The notes beneath the pieces are model-generated. The model saw nothing but the letters and a program-made list of their open reading frames with translations. It ran no database searches and was not told the DNA's origin. From the human T2T-CHM13v2.0 reference genome, Homo sapiens: DNA of 64,000 nt. Shown one piece after another: positions 47,403 through 64,000 of this stretch. Numbering within the stretch: position 1 is the first letter of the stretch; each line of letters opens with the position of its first letter. The DNA lies in assembly GCF_009914755.1 (NCBI RefSeq), contig NC_060941.1; one strand, given 5' to 3'. The position numbers and the translations under genes are program-made.

Positions 47403-48279
47403 CTGGGAATCAGGAAAGAGTTGAGAAGGAGCAGTACCTGACCAGTTGGCTGTCTGCCAGACAAAGGACAAGGATGCCCCACTTCCACTTCCTGCCCTGC
47501 AGCTTATCCTCCCCTTCTCAAGGGAAAAGGCAAGTCAGGAAAAGGGCAGTAATGACTTTCAGTCTTGAAGAGTAATTTTCTTTAATCACCACCCAAATCA
47601 TGAAAAGGAGCTGAGACAGTATTTTTAAATGGTGCGTAATCTGGGGAAGAAATATTTATAATCTCTGTGCTTAGCTCAAGTTTTTACTTAAATATTTTTG
47701 GCACAGAGTGCTTTATGTCTTCAGTTCTCTAGCAGAGATACAGTTAGGAGGGTGTCTTTATAAGGAGAAATTTTCTCACCCAGAGGGAAGGGAAAGGAGT
47801 GAATATTTAGAGTGCTTTGCATATGCCAGGCCTTTTGTGTATTTCTTTCTTTCTTACAATATCCACTGAACATGTTGAAAGCCTGCTTTGCACCAGGCAC
47901 TGGGCTAAGCCCTGGGGAAATCATGTTCAAAAATCCCAAAGATGTCTCTGTGCTCCTGGAGTTTGCAGGCCAGCAGAAGAGACAGATATTAATAAATGGG
48001 AAATCACAGTTGTCGGGGCATGATGAATGTGAAATACACAGTACTTTGAAAGCATGTTAGGGGTCAAGGGAGGCCTCCATGAAGGTTGATTATTTGAGCT
48101 GACATCTGAAGGATGAATAGGCTTCACTAGATCCAGAGGGCAGAGGAGGTGAAGAGCTTTTCACAGGGCCCTGTGGAGAGTTCAGCATGGCTGCAGGGCA
48201 GAGAGCATGGGGGGACTGAGTGTCAGACAGGCTGGCAGGGGCCAGTTAGTCCAATTATGTAGCTTCTTGTCACATGAGA

Positions 48280-48490
48280 TAAGATACACGATAAGGTAAA
48301 ATATACCCTGGATTTTGGAGGCAATAAAAAATTTTCATACTTATATGTTGACATAATGATTTGCATATAGCGGGCAAAGTATATTATTAAAATTAGTTTC
48401 ACCTGTTTTTACTTTTTAAAACATGGCTACTAGCAATTTTAAATTACATATGTGGCTTGCATTACATTTCTATTGGGCAGCATTAGTCTA
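48280..48490. mobile_element. MER3/MER33-like hAT fragment
   Basis: TTTCACCTGTTTTTACTTTTTAAAACATGGCTACTAGCAATTTTAAATTACATATGTGGCTTGCATT...CTATTGGGCAGCA. Confidence 0.7.
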
Positions 48491-48716
48491 GATGAAAGGT
48501 TTTGGTCTTTGTCCTAAAACACCACCAAGCCATTCTGGTTTTTAGCAGAGAGCTGTCATAATCAGACTTGCATTCTGGAAAAGAGAAAAGCCTCACTGTC
48601 CCCAAAAGAATCCTGTGGGGTATGCACATTATTATTTTCATTTTCAGACAGGAAAATTGAGGCTGAAAGGGGAAGTAGTTTGTTCAGGTTGGTAAATGGC
48701 CAGATATGGATGTGAC

Positions 48717-49215
48717 CAGGGCCAACTACATAATTTGCAAAGCCGAGTGCAAAAGGAAAATGAAGAGGAAGCCAATTTCCCCTTCTCACAGCCGCTGCTC
48801 TAACCCAGGGCAAATGGGTGACGCCCAGGGTATTGCGACCTCCCCACTTGAACGCACCAACTAGCTGGATGGGGGTGGGTGAGAGTGTCCAGGGCTGCCT
48901 GCCACTCCTCAACTTCTGATCCTTGTTTTGCCTGGGCAAAGGTGACAGCGGAATGAGGGACTCTGGCAGAGGGTTACAGCAGTGGTGGGGCTGGTCTGGG
49001 TGTGGAGACCATATGTATGAGCTGAGGCTCCAACTCCCAACCCTGGCACATGCTCCATTGTCCCATCGGACACCACTTACAAAACAAGTTCAGGGCTAAA
49101 ATTATGACACATTTCAAGTCAACAATCACAGAATGTTGAACCCCAAGCCCAGGGCCTTTCTGAATGCAAGGCCCTGGGCAGCTGCACTGATCACAGACTT
49201 ATGAAGTCAGCCCTG
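48717..49215 (-). mobile_element. MER45-family hAT element inserted next to a MIR
   Basis: CAGGGCCAACTACATAATTTGC...TATGAAGTCAGCCCTG inverted termini; internal TGCTCCATTGTCCCATCGGAC. Confidence 0.75.
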
Positions 49216-50027
49216 TTTGTGCCACCCTGCCAGATGCCTCCAAGGAGATGAGACGCTCCTGCCCAACTCAGCCCCTTCCCAGGACAGGAATAATGTCCCC
49301 TCCCCTAGTGAGCGGGGATCTGCAGTCTTCTCTTTGCCTTTCAATTCTGGGCCCTGGAGGTGGCTCAGGGCTGTGGCTCCTTCTCAGGCAGCCCCTGTAG
49401 CAGCTGGGCCCCAGCCCACCTGCCAGTACCTGACCTGATATCGATACCTGATAGAGATACCAGAACCTGACCTGAAACGAGGCCTTCCTGCCTCACTGCT
49501 AACTCACCCAACACACAGCCCGAGAACTTTCCCTGCCCTGTCCACTACGTTTGAAAGCATTTTATTCTGTGGTCAATGTGTCAGCTCTGTGAACGGCCAG
49601 AGTCTCATAGAGGTCACAAAGCATGCCCTTTGCACTCAGGCAGATTTGGGTCTGAATTCCTCTGCCACTTAGTAGCTTTGACACCTTGGGCAAGTTACAT
49701 AACCTCTCTGATCTGAAAATGAGGTTAACAATCCTACCTCACCAGATTGTAAGAAGTCAATGAGAAAGTACACAGAAGGTACAACTTCCTAGCAGTTGTG
49801 AGCACCAGTAATTGCTGGCTGCTATTATTATTTATTGTAGCTATAGACACTTGCTTCCTTCTGAAAGGACCTTTGGTCTAGTTGCTCTGCTCTTCACTAC
49901 CCCACTGGCAGAGTGGCGGAGGCCACAGGGCACTGCTGGCCACAGCATCACCTGTGTCCCAGCCTTCCCCAGCCCCCTGTCCCATCCTCCTTGAGGACCA
50001 TGTTGGGAACAGGACTCCCAGACTCAC

Positions 50028-50067
50028 CTGCTGGCTTCTCCCCGATGTCCTGTTCCGGTTCAGCCAT
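50028..50067 (-). CDS. ANKRD40CL: ANKRD40CL first coding exon part (MAEPEQDIGEKPA-)
   Basis: Minus-strand ATGG at 50067, donor CAG|GTGAGT at 50027; the exon probably starts at acceptor CCTTGCAG| 50165. Confidence 0.85.
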
Positions 50068-50974
50068 GAGTCACCTCTAGTCCGTCAGATGTGCAGCCCC
50101 TCTCGCATTTATGCACAAGCTCCCAACCAAATAAAAAGCACTTTCTACAGCCTCAGCACATCTGTCTGCAAGGTAACAACAGTGTGTTCTTGCCAGCCCA
50201 GTGAGATAGAGCAGGGTCATTTTTATTTTATAGATAGGGAAAAGGAGGCTGCAGCGTGTGGCATGATTTGCACAGGGTGAGGCCAGTGAAGGAAGGTACT
50301 GAAGTAAGGCTCCAGACTCTCTTCTCAGGCTGTCCCCACTGGAAGACGGTGCAGGCCGGTAGTACTCACCCGAGGGAATGGTGCCCTTCGGAGGGGAGGC
50401 CAGAGAGGCACAGCAGGCACCCAGCCAGACCCGAGAAGGGGGCCAGGCCCTCTTTCTTGGAAAAGGTTGGTAGCTTCTACACCAGGGGTAAGAAAAACCA
50501 AACACTTTGTTTCTCGGTTTGAATGGACTCCTCCTCCCCATTTCACTGTCTTTACTCCCAGCCCCTTCCTCAGCAGCTGTGCATGACAAGAAAGAAGCAG
50601 AAAGACCCCTCCATACCTGGGAAAATGACCTTGGTGATGATCCTGGATCCCCTGATTCTAGACATCAAAATGGAGGAGGCAGAGGCTGGAGCAGGAGGTT
50701 CAGTGAAGAATGGGTGGGGAGGGTCAAAGTCCCCAGTGAGGCTGCTGCCTCAAAGGCAGGCTGAAGACAGGAGGAGGTGCACAGATAGGAACCCAGATGT
50801 TCGGGTAACGCTCACATTTCATTTAACCCTCCAATGACAAAAGACGGGCAAACAGACGGGGCATCAGGGTGGGCCTCAGCATCAAAAAACTGGAGGGAGC
50901 TGGCTGGGTGCGGTGGCTCACGCCTGTAATCCTAGCACTTTGGGAGGCTGAGGCGGGTGGATTGCCGGAGCTCA

Positions 50975-51477
<503 letters not shown>

Positions 51478-51802
51478 TTTGGCCAAACTGCTTAAAGGAG
51501 CAAACAGGGAAAACGAGGCCTTAGTAAGTGAAATGTTTACCACTAGTCACGTGGCCAGCCAGGCACAGGCCTGGCACTGGACCTGGGTCACCTGGCTGCC
51601 AGGCCGATGCTGTCTTCCCAGCATGCTGGTGTGTCTTTCTGCAAGAACAGGGGAAGGGCAGGGTGGGGCAATGGAGAGGCGGAAGTAGCAGGGATCCCCT
51701 GGCCTGGACTCCTGAGAAAATGCACTTTGGCCAGCCTGGCTGCCAGGGTGTGGTCCGCCATAAAAAAGGCATCCTGAACCTCCTCCCCTGAGTGGGTGTG
51801 GC

Positions 51803-51883
51803 TACAGGTGCAGGGGAACTGTAGATGAAAAGGCTTGGCACTTGAGGGAAAGCCTCAGTTCATTCTCATTTTGCTCACCTGTT
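51803..51883 (+). ncRNA. MIR8059: pre-miR-8059 hairpin; mature GGGGAACUGUAGAUGAAAAGGC at 51813..51834
   Basis: Sequence recognised from memory; ends pair (ACAGGTG/CACCTGT; GAACTG/CAGTTC). Status as a genuine miRNA is not judged from sequence. Confidence 0.7.
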
Positions 51884-52011
51884 CGGTCCATTCATTCACT
51901 CACTCCCCGTTCACTGATTCACTCATTCACTCACACGTTCACTCAACAACACTCATTTTTTTCTTATTTAGGGGAACACACGTTCTTCTTTTAATTCATT
52001 TTATTTTTTGA

Positions 52012-52116
<105 letters not shown>

Positions 52117-52800
52117 TAAATAGCTGGGATTACAGCTGTGTGCCACCATGCCCAGCTAATTTTTTTTTTTTTTTTTTTTTTTAGTAGAGACGGGGTTTTG
52201 CTATGTTGGCCAGGCTGGTCTTGAACTCCTGACCACAGGTGATCCACCTGCCTCGGCCTCCCAAAGTGCTGGGATTACAGGCGTGAGCCACCGCGTCCGG
52301 CCTTTTAGTTAATTTTAATGTTTAAAATTAAAGTATTACATGTTCTAGTTAAAAAAAATCTACTGGTACTAAAAATCAGAGCCGATTAGGAAGGAAGAAG
52401 GCAAAGTGTGTTGGGGGGACAATCAACTGCCACACAGGCCTTGGCATATGACTTGTTCCATTCATTATGCTGGGCACTTAGTGGGCCCTTTTATCCATGT
52501 ATTAGTTTTGCTTGTGTGTGAGCCTGTGAGAGGTAGCTTTTAATTCTGATATAGTTTCAAACTTACAGAAAGTTGTGCCTGGAGTAGTGGCTTATGCTAA
52601 GGTGGGAGGATGGCTTGAGCCCAGGAGTGCGAGACCAGCCTGGCCAACATGGTGAAACTCCATCTCTACAAAGAATAAAAAAAAGAAAGAGCTTTACTTC
52701 TCATCCATTCATTCATTTATTATCATTGTGAACTCATGGATTCTTATTTTATTCAGTGGGTCACAATCCATCACTATCATGATCTATTTTGATGCTTTAA

Positions 52801-53127
<327 letters not shown>

Positions 53128-53594
53128 TGATCCGCCCTCCTTGGCCTCCTAAAGTGTTGGGATTACAGGCGTGAGCCACCGCACCCGGACTGTGAGCACT
53201 TTCTTATTTCATGGCACATCAAGATGTTCTGGGTTCCATTGTACTTTCCCTGCCCCAGCCCTGCGATCAGGCATTTCTCCAAGGAGCCAGGTTATTTTCC
53301 ATGAGGCACAGGTGTGATCATTCCCATGGAGATGTCATTGCTTCTAGGCTCTTCCCGTGTGCAGAGCTAGGAGCACACATGCATATACGCACATAAACAC
53401 ATAAACACATGCATCTATTTCTGTATATAGATATATGTTTTAAAATCAATCTAATTTATTTAGTTTCCTCTTTTGTGTGTGTATATATTTAAGAGAACAA
53501 CTTCATATTTCTAGTCCCATTCCAACACCAAAGGGTTCTCCCTTGCTGGCTTGCTTGCCTTCCTTTCTTCCTCCGCCTTTCTCTCTTTCTTTCT

Positions 53595-53765
53595 ATTTTA
53601 AACAACAGAAATTTATTCTCTCACAGTTGTAGAGGCCAGAAACCCAAGATCAAGATGTTGGCAGCATTGATTCCTTCTGGAGGCTCTGAGGAAGAATCTG
53701 TTTCATGCCGCTCTCCTGTTCTGGTGGTTGCCAAAATCCTTGGTGTTTCTGGCCTAGCTGTCTTC
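53595..53765. mobile_element. MLT1 MaLR LTR fragment within old L1-like sequence
   Basis: AAACAACAGAAATTTATTCTCTCACAGTT...GAGGCCAGAA...GATTCCTTCTGGAGGCTCTGAGG. Confidence 0.75.
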
Positions 53766-53941
53766 AGTTCCATATTGTAACTCTCTTCTCCAAAGGGTAA
53801 AATCTGGCTCCTAACATCTTTGATACATTTACTCCTTTGCTCAGTCCAATTCACAGAAAGTTTCAGAATTGTTCATTTGAAATATATTTAGGTTCATTGT
53901 TTCTGTTTGTATAAGAGGATTCTTCCCAGTCCTTGTTGCTT

Positions 53942-53981
<40 letters not shown>

Positions 53982-54570
53982 GACAGAGTCTTACTCTGTT
54001 GCTCAGGCTGGAGTGCAGTGACGTGATCTCAGCTCACTACAACCTCCACGTCTCGGGCTCAAGCAACTCTCATGCTTCAGCCTCCTGAGTAGGCTGCACC
54101 ACCATGCCTGGCTAATTTTTGTATTTTTTGTAGAGACAGGGTTTCGCCATGTTGGTCAGGCTGGTCTCAAACTCCTGGCCTCAAGCAATCTGCCTGCCTC
54201 GGTCTCCCAAAGTGCTGGGATTGCAGACATGAGCCACTGTGCCTGTCAATTTATTATTTCTTGAATATATTAATCATTAAATGGTTCTGTAGGTAGAGTC
54301 AAAACATTGATATTTTAAAAAGTGTCGTTTTACTTTTTTATCCCTTCCATTTCATTCCCATCTATCTATCCCCTGTAGGAAACTAATCTCATTCGTTTCT
54401 GACTTACCCTTCTTATGTTTCTTTTTGCAAAATTAAATAGATACGTTTTTGGCCGGGGCACGGTGGCTCACGCCTGTAATCCCAGCACTTTGGGAGGCCA
54501 AGGTGTGTAGATCATGAGGTCAGGAGTTCGAGACCAGCCTGGCCAAGATATTGAAACCCCATATGTACTA

Positions 54571-55043
<473 letters not shown>

Positions 55044-55044
55044 T

Positions 55045-55551
55045 AGCAGCCTGATTTTAACCCACCACCTAATACTGCTCCTCCCTCCACTGTTTTGTGA
55101 TTTTGACAAAACAACCCATTAGCATCTCCTTCTGACAGGAGACCACCAACTGTGGAGTGGTTCTGGCCATTCTGCAGAGGATGTGCAGTGAAGGTCTTCC
55201 TGTCTTCTGCGTCACCTTTTGATATCAGAGGGCTAAAAACTCCATGCTCCAATCGTGCTAATGCCACCATTTTTTGAACATGGGTCCCGTGGAGAAGCAG
55301 GAAGCACAATTACACACGGGCCTATTTCTCCATTCATAAATATTCATGACTCCTCCAATAGCTTATTGAATATGTATATCTGGCCACCTCGTTCAGCGTA
55401 AATCCCTGTGTTATTCTTCCCATCCTTGAGGTGTTGGCTTCTGGCTATGCTTCTCAGCCTGTCCCACTTGCCACCCTGTAGGCTGCAACCCCGTGTGAGA
55501 AAGAAGGCTCTCCTTTCCAAATGTATGAACGCTGTCATTCTTCAGTTGACA
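55045..55551 (+). mobile_element. ERV1-class LTR, 5' part not recognisable
   Basis: ATAAATATTCATGACTCCTCC...TATTGAATATGTATAT; ends GTCATTCTTCAGTTGACA. Confidence 0.65.
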
Positions 55552-55787
55552 CAGTTGAGAAGGCAGCCTCACAGAGCCCGGCACACCTGTGCTGTGGAGA
55601 AGACAGCTGAGGGCTCTCAGCACCCCCAGAAGGCCTCGAGGCTCTGTGAAACCACTGGGCCTGAGGTTGCAGTGAAGGGTGAGACTGAAATCAACACACT
55701 TTTCCTGTTTCTGTGATAAACAATACAGGGACCAGAGAAAAATAGCTTGGCTGCTTGCTCCTAGGAGATAAGACTGCAAAGCAACTA

Positions 55788-56173
<386 letters not shown>

Positions 56174-56299
56174 TAAATAGTACTTGGCTCCTAGCTGACC
56201 CTTGTGTTTATTGAATCAATGAAGAAAATCTAGTTAGGCATGGTGGCTCATGCCTGAAATCCTGACAATTTGGGAGGCCTAGGAGGTAGGATCACTTGA

Positions 56300-56554
<255 letters not shown>

Positions 56555-57107
56555 TAGCCAAGATGGTCTCGATCTCCCGACCTCATGATCCGCCCACCTC
56601 AGCCTCCCAAAGTGCTGGGTTTGCAGGCGTGAGCCACTGCGCCCAGCCTACAAAAAATTTAAAAAATAGCCGGGTGTGGTGGCATGTGCCTATAGTCCCA
56701 GCTACTCAGGAGTCTGAGGTAGGAGGATCACTTGAGCCTGGGAGGTTGAGGCTGCACTGTGCCATGATTATGCCACTGCACTCCAGCCTGGTGAGGGTGG
56801 AGAGAGAGAGACAGATAAAATAAAATCTGTACCAGATTCTAAGATTGGAGACCCGAGAGAGAGAGAGCGAAAGAAAAAATAAAAATCTATACCAGCTTCT
56901 AAGATTGGAGACTCAACAAATAATCCAGTTTCGTTGTATAAAAAATATGGCAGCTCTGGGAGGGCGAGACTGTCATGGGGGTAGAAGTCCTATTCTTACT
57001 TCTGAGTATGGAGTCATAGGCAATTTGTTTATCTTCTCTCTGAGCCTCAGTTTCTTCATCTGTACAATGGGAGATAATAATACCATCTATTCTACTTGTG
57101 AGGATGA

Positions 57108-57451
<344 letters not shown>

Positions 57452-57991
57452 TAAAGTCCTGTATGAGTTGTTGGCTATTGCCATTCCTTGAGGGAATCCT
57501 GGAGGCCTTAGAGAAGCCAATTCAGATAAAGGCCTTGGGCAACCACTAGGGATCAGGAGAGGACTGGATGTTTCTTCAGGGACAGCTCTCTTTACCAAAG
57601 ACCCTTCACCTGCTAGCACCACCTTCCCTCCACCGTTTCGTTTTGTTTTCCTCTTGGGAGTGGGGCACTATTGTAGCCATACCATTCTTTTCTTTGATCT
57701 TGGAATCAGCAAAAAGGCTTGATTGAGTAGGATGATGACTTCACCTTGAACACACATGTGGGCTGTTGACTACCTTATAGTGCTGGGGCCACAAGAGTAG
57801 GTGGAAGAGGAGAGCCCCAGGGCAGTTGCTGGGTTTTGACTTCATGAGATGGCAATTTGAACAAGGGATGGAAGGGAACCAGGGCAAGTCAAAAAGCCTA
57901 ACTTTGCCAGGCACAGTGGTTCATGCTTGTAATCCCAGAGCTTTGGGAGGCCGAGGCCAGGAGTTCAAGACCATCTCAGGTGACATAGTGA

Positions 57992-58246
<255 letters not shown>

Positions 58247-58284
58247 TGATCCGCCCGCCTCAGCCTCCCAAAGTGCTGGGATTA

Positions 58285-58774
<490 letters not shown>

Positions 58775-59543
58775 CTAAAGCAACCTAGGAAACATGGCGA
58801 GACCGTGTCTCCAGAAAAAAAATTAAAACATAAAGTAGCCAAGCATATTGTCATGGGCCTGTAGTCCTAGCTACTTGGGAGGCTGAGGTGAGAGTATCAC
58901 TTGAGCCCAGGTGATCAAGCCTGCAGTGGGCCATCATCATATCACTGCACTCCAGCCTGGGCGACAGAGCGAGATCCTGTCTCAACAACAACAACAACAA
59001 AATTTCCCAGGGCCTTTGTATTACCTTGTAAATAAAAAACAATGAATATGGTAAAAAAAAAAAAAAAACCAACAAAAAATCAACAAGCATATAGATACAA
59101 ATGGGAAGAAACAGAGCAGGGCAGGGAGAGTCCCGCAGTCAGAGAACATCACGGCTGGGTGGACAGGTGATAGGACTCTCACCCCATAGCTCTTCTCAGC
59201 TGGCCTGTCTGCTCAAATCTTCTGGAATGGGAAAGATACCCACAACCCAGGAGAAACTAAACAGCAGCAGCACCATAAGGAGACAGACACAGATGGCATG
59301 GAGAATTCTTACACATTGAAGCCTTGTGATATAGGCGGCACTGCAACAGACAGGCCATCCTGCCACCCAACAAGTTATGCTGTTTCTTTTCTGAGAGACA
59401 AAGTCTTACTCTGTCTCCCAGGCTAGAGTGCAGTGGTGCAGTCATAGCTTACTGCATCCTCAAACTCCTGGGCTCAAGCAATCCTCCTATCTCAGCCTCT
59501 TGAGTAGCTGGGTCTACAGGTGTGCACCATCATGCCTGGCTAA

Positions 59544-59660
<117 letters not shown>

Positions 59661-60057
59661 TGAGTATCTGGGACTACAGGTGCACGCCACTACGTCCAGC
59701 TAATTTTTGTATTTTTAGTAGAGACGGGGTTTCTCCATGTTGGTCAGGCTGTTCTGGAACTTCCGACCTCAGATGATCTGCCCACTTCGGCCTTCCAGAG
59801 TGCTGGGATTACAGGTGTGAGCTACCGTGCCCAGCAGCTATGAGTTTCCTTCTAAGAAGAGAGAGACAGCCTGGGCAACATGGTGAAACCCCCGTCTTTA
59901 AGAAAAACATAAAAATTAGCCAGGTGTGATGGTGCTCACCTGTAGTCCCAGCTACTTGGGAGGCTGAGTCAGGAGGATCGCTTGAGCTAAGGAGGTGGAG
60001 GTGGCAGTGAGCTGCCACTGCACTCTAGCCTGTGCAACAGACTGTGATCATGTCTCA

Positions 60058-60800
<743 letters not shown>

Positions 60801-61074
60801 CCTCCCAGGCGTCTCCCACTAAGACACAATGGTTCCCAGAAAAGCATGAGCCTTGTCTGTTTTGTTTAATGATGTGTGCCCAGCACATAGGTCAGAACAG
60901 TTCCTGAGACACAATGGTGCCCATATTTGTTGAATGAATGAAAGAATGATGAATGTATGAGCAGTTTGATATGAACTTTCTAATATTTTTTCTAGGTATA
61001 TACCAGTACAGGTATATTAAGAAAAAATATGGGGTCATGGTATAAGTTGGGTTCTGAACTTACTTTTTTATTAA

Positions 61075-61670
<596 letters not shown>

Positions 61671-62895
61671 GTTTATATCAATCTACCTCTTTTATTGGCG
61701 GCATAAGAGTATTCCAGAGTGTGGCTGTGGAATTTCTTTTAGCTAATTTCTCTTTGATGCACAATTGTTTCCAGGCCCTTGACTCCCTGAGCACTTGTGT
61801 GTTTCTACAAGAAGCTTCAGGACTGAGGCAAGAGCACGCTGGGACCAAGCTGAGCCTCTATGGACGGCGCATGACGGAGCCGTTTCACTCCATGTTTGTT
61901 GATGGTAGGAACTGCCACCCTAATCTTTGCCAATCTGATGTGGTTTGTAAGCAATAGCACTTCTTGTCTTGTTCTCTTGTATAATTGTATAGACTGTTCC
62001 TTCTACAAAAAATGTCAAATAACAGTAATGACCACAAGGAACCCCTTCTGGCCCTAACTTTGGCAGTGCACTTGGAATAACTAGTATCACATAGTTACGA
62101 CGTATGTGTATGCTTCACATGAATATAAACTCACTTCCCAAACAGTCTGCAATGGGAGTTTGAACGTTCTCTTTGAAGATAAAGTTGTTTATGACAATAT
62201 GTGAAGCTTTGAAGTTTCTCAGTGATTGGGGATTTTTGTTTTCTTATTTCCTATTTCTAATTTTTTCAATTGTGGTCAAAGAATAGGGCCTGTATTATTT
62301 CTTTGAGATGGGATCTCGCTCTATTGCCCAGGCTGGAGTGCAGTGATGTGATGATGGCCTGCTGCAGGCTTGATCTCCTGGGCTCAAGTGACACTCTCAT
62401 CTCAGCCTTCCAAGTAGCTAGGACTACAGGCCCATGCCAGCATGCTTGGCTAGTTTATGTTTTATTTTTTTTTGTAGAGACAGGGTCTCACCATGTTGCC
62501 TAGGCTGCTCTAAACTTATAGAGATTTCCTTCTTACTCCGGGTCGATTTTTGTAAATATCTGTAAACCTTACATTATCATCATTTGTTTAATGATGTGTG
62601 CCCAGCACATAGGTCAGAACAGTGCCTGGAACAGAAGGATGCCCCATACTTGTTGAGTGAATATTTGTTGTAGAATGTGAGCTACACAGGAACAGAGATT
62701 TTCCCCCCAGTTGTGTCCCCAGGGCTTTGAACAATACCTGGCATGTGGCTGGTTTGCAATATAAGTTTGTGGCCCTTGTAAAGCTGGAGCCATTGATTAT
62801 GACATGAACTTCTGAGGAACCTTATTGTTTTGTTTTAAAAGTATCTGATATGGGCTGAGAGGTGTTTCTATTTGTCTATTTTTCTATGCATTTTA

Positions 62896-63018
<123 letters not shown>

Positions 63019-63587
63019 CTATTTAAAAAAAAAAAAAAAAAAGAAAGAAAAAAAAAGAAAAATTACCCAGGTATGTTGGTTGCGCCTTTAGTCTTAGCTA
63101 CTCAAGAGGCTGAGATGGGACGATCGCTTGAGCCTAGGAGGAGGTTGAGGCTTCAGTGAGCCGTGATGGTGCCACTACCCTCCCAGCTGGGTGACAAAAT
63201 GAGACCTTGCCTCAAATAAACAACAACAACAACAAAAACAGGCCTATAGTCCCAGCTGCTTGGGAGACTAAGGTGGAAAGATCGCTTGGGCCCAGGAGGT
63301 GTAGGCTGCGGTGAACCGAGATCTCACCACTGCACTCCAGCCTAGGCAACAGAGCAAGATCTTATCTCAAAAAAAAAAAAAAAATTCTGTGTATATGTTT
63401 TGTGGGTTTTTTTTTTTTTTGAGACACAGTTTCACTCTGTGCCCCTAGCTGGAATGCAGTGGCGTGATCTCAGCTCACTGCAACCTCTGCCTCCTGGGTT
63501 CAAGCGATTCTCCTGCCTCTCTCCCAAGTAGCTGGGACTACAGGCGCCCGCCACCATGCCCGGTAATTTTTTTTGTATTTTTAGTAG

Positions 63588-63928
<341 letters not shown>

Positions 63929-64000
63929 TGAGACGGAGTCTTGCTCTGTTGCCCAGGCTGGAGTGCAATGGTGCAATCTTTGCTCTCTGCAAGCTCTGCC

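Noticed and set aside
50077-50589. 170-aa ORF as an independent protein-coding gene
   Set aside because: Starts at TTG in the track, reads through a canonical intron and has no domain features; kept only as a possible uORF.
51890-51960. (TTCA/CTCA)-rich tract after MIR8059
   Set aside because: Low-complexity sequence typical of decayed L2 tails.

Overview
Primate (almost certainly human) genomic DNA, very Alu-rich, recognised as the LUC7L3 locus (chr17q21, from recall). On + lies the complete LUC7L3 gene: a CpG-island promoter at about 2.6-3.3 kb and 10 coding exons (2932..33822) that splice in frame to 1299 nt = 432 aa (two zinc fingers, charged coiled-coil, RS domain). It has a complex last exon with alternative donors/acceptors and several polyA signals. 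On - lies ANKRD40CL (formerly LINC00483/C17orf73), with an intact spliced ORF (114 or 147 aa) homologous to the ANKRD40 C-terminus, which the ORF track largely misses. The MIR8059 hairpin is at 51803..51883. The rest is Alu, L1, MIR/L2, LTR and DNA-transposon relics; nearly all other ORF-track entries are Alu or chance ORFs. Most interesting: two stop-containing cassette exons in LUC7L3 with opposite 5' splice-site 'handedness' (a candidate LUC7-family auto/cross-regulatory circuit), an alternative C-terminus switch, the ANKRD40CL small protein, parallel Alu insertions into a duplicated site, and palindrome/template-switch scars at 58-63 kb. Repeat subfamily names are from visual recall of consensus sequences, not from a search.
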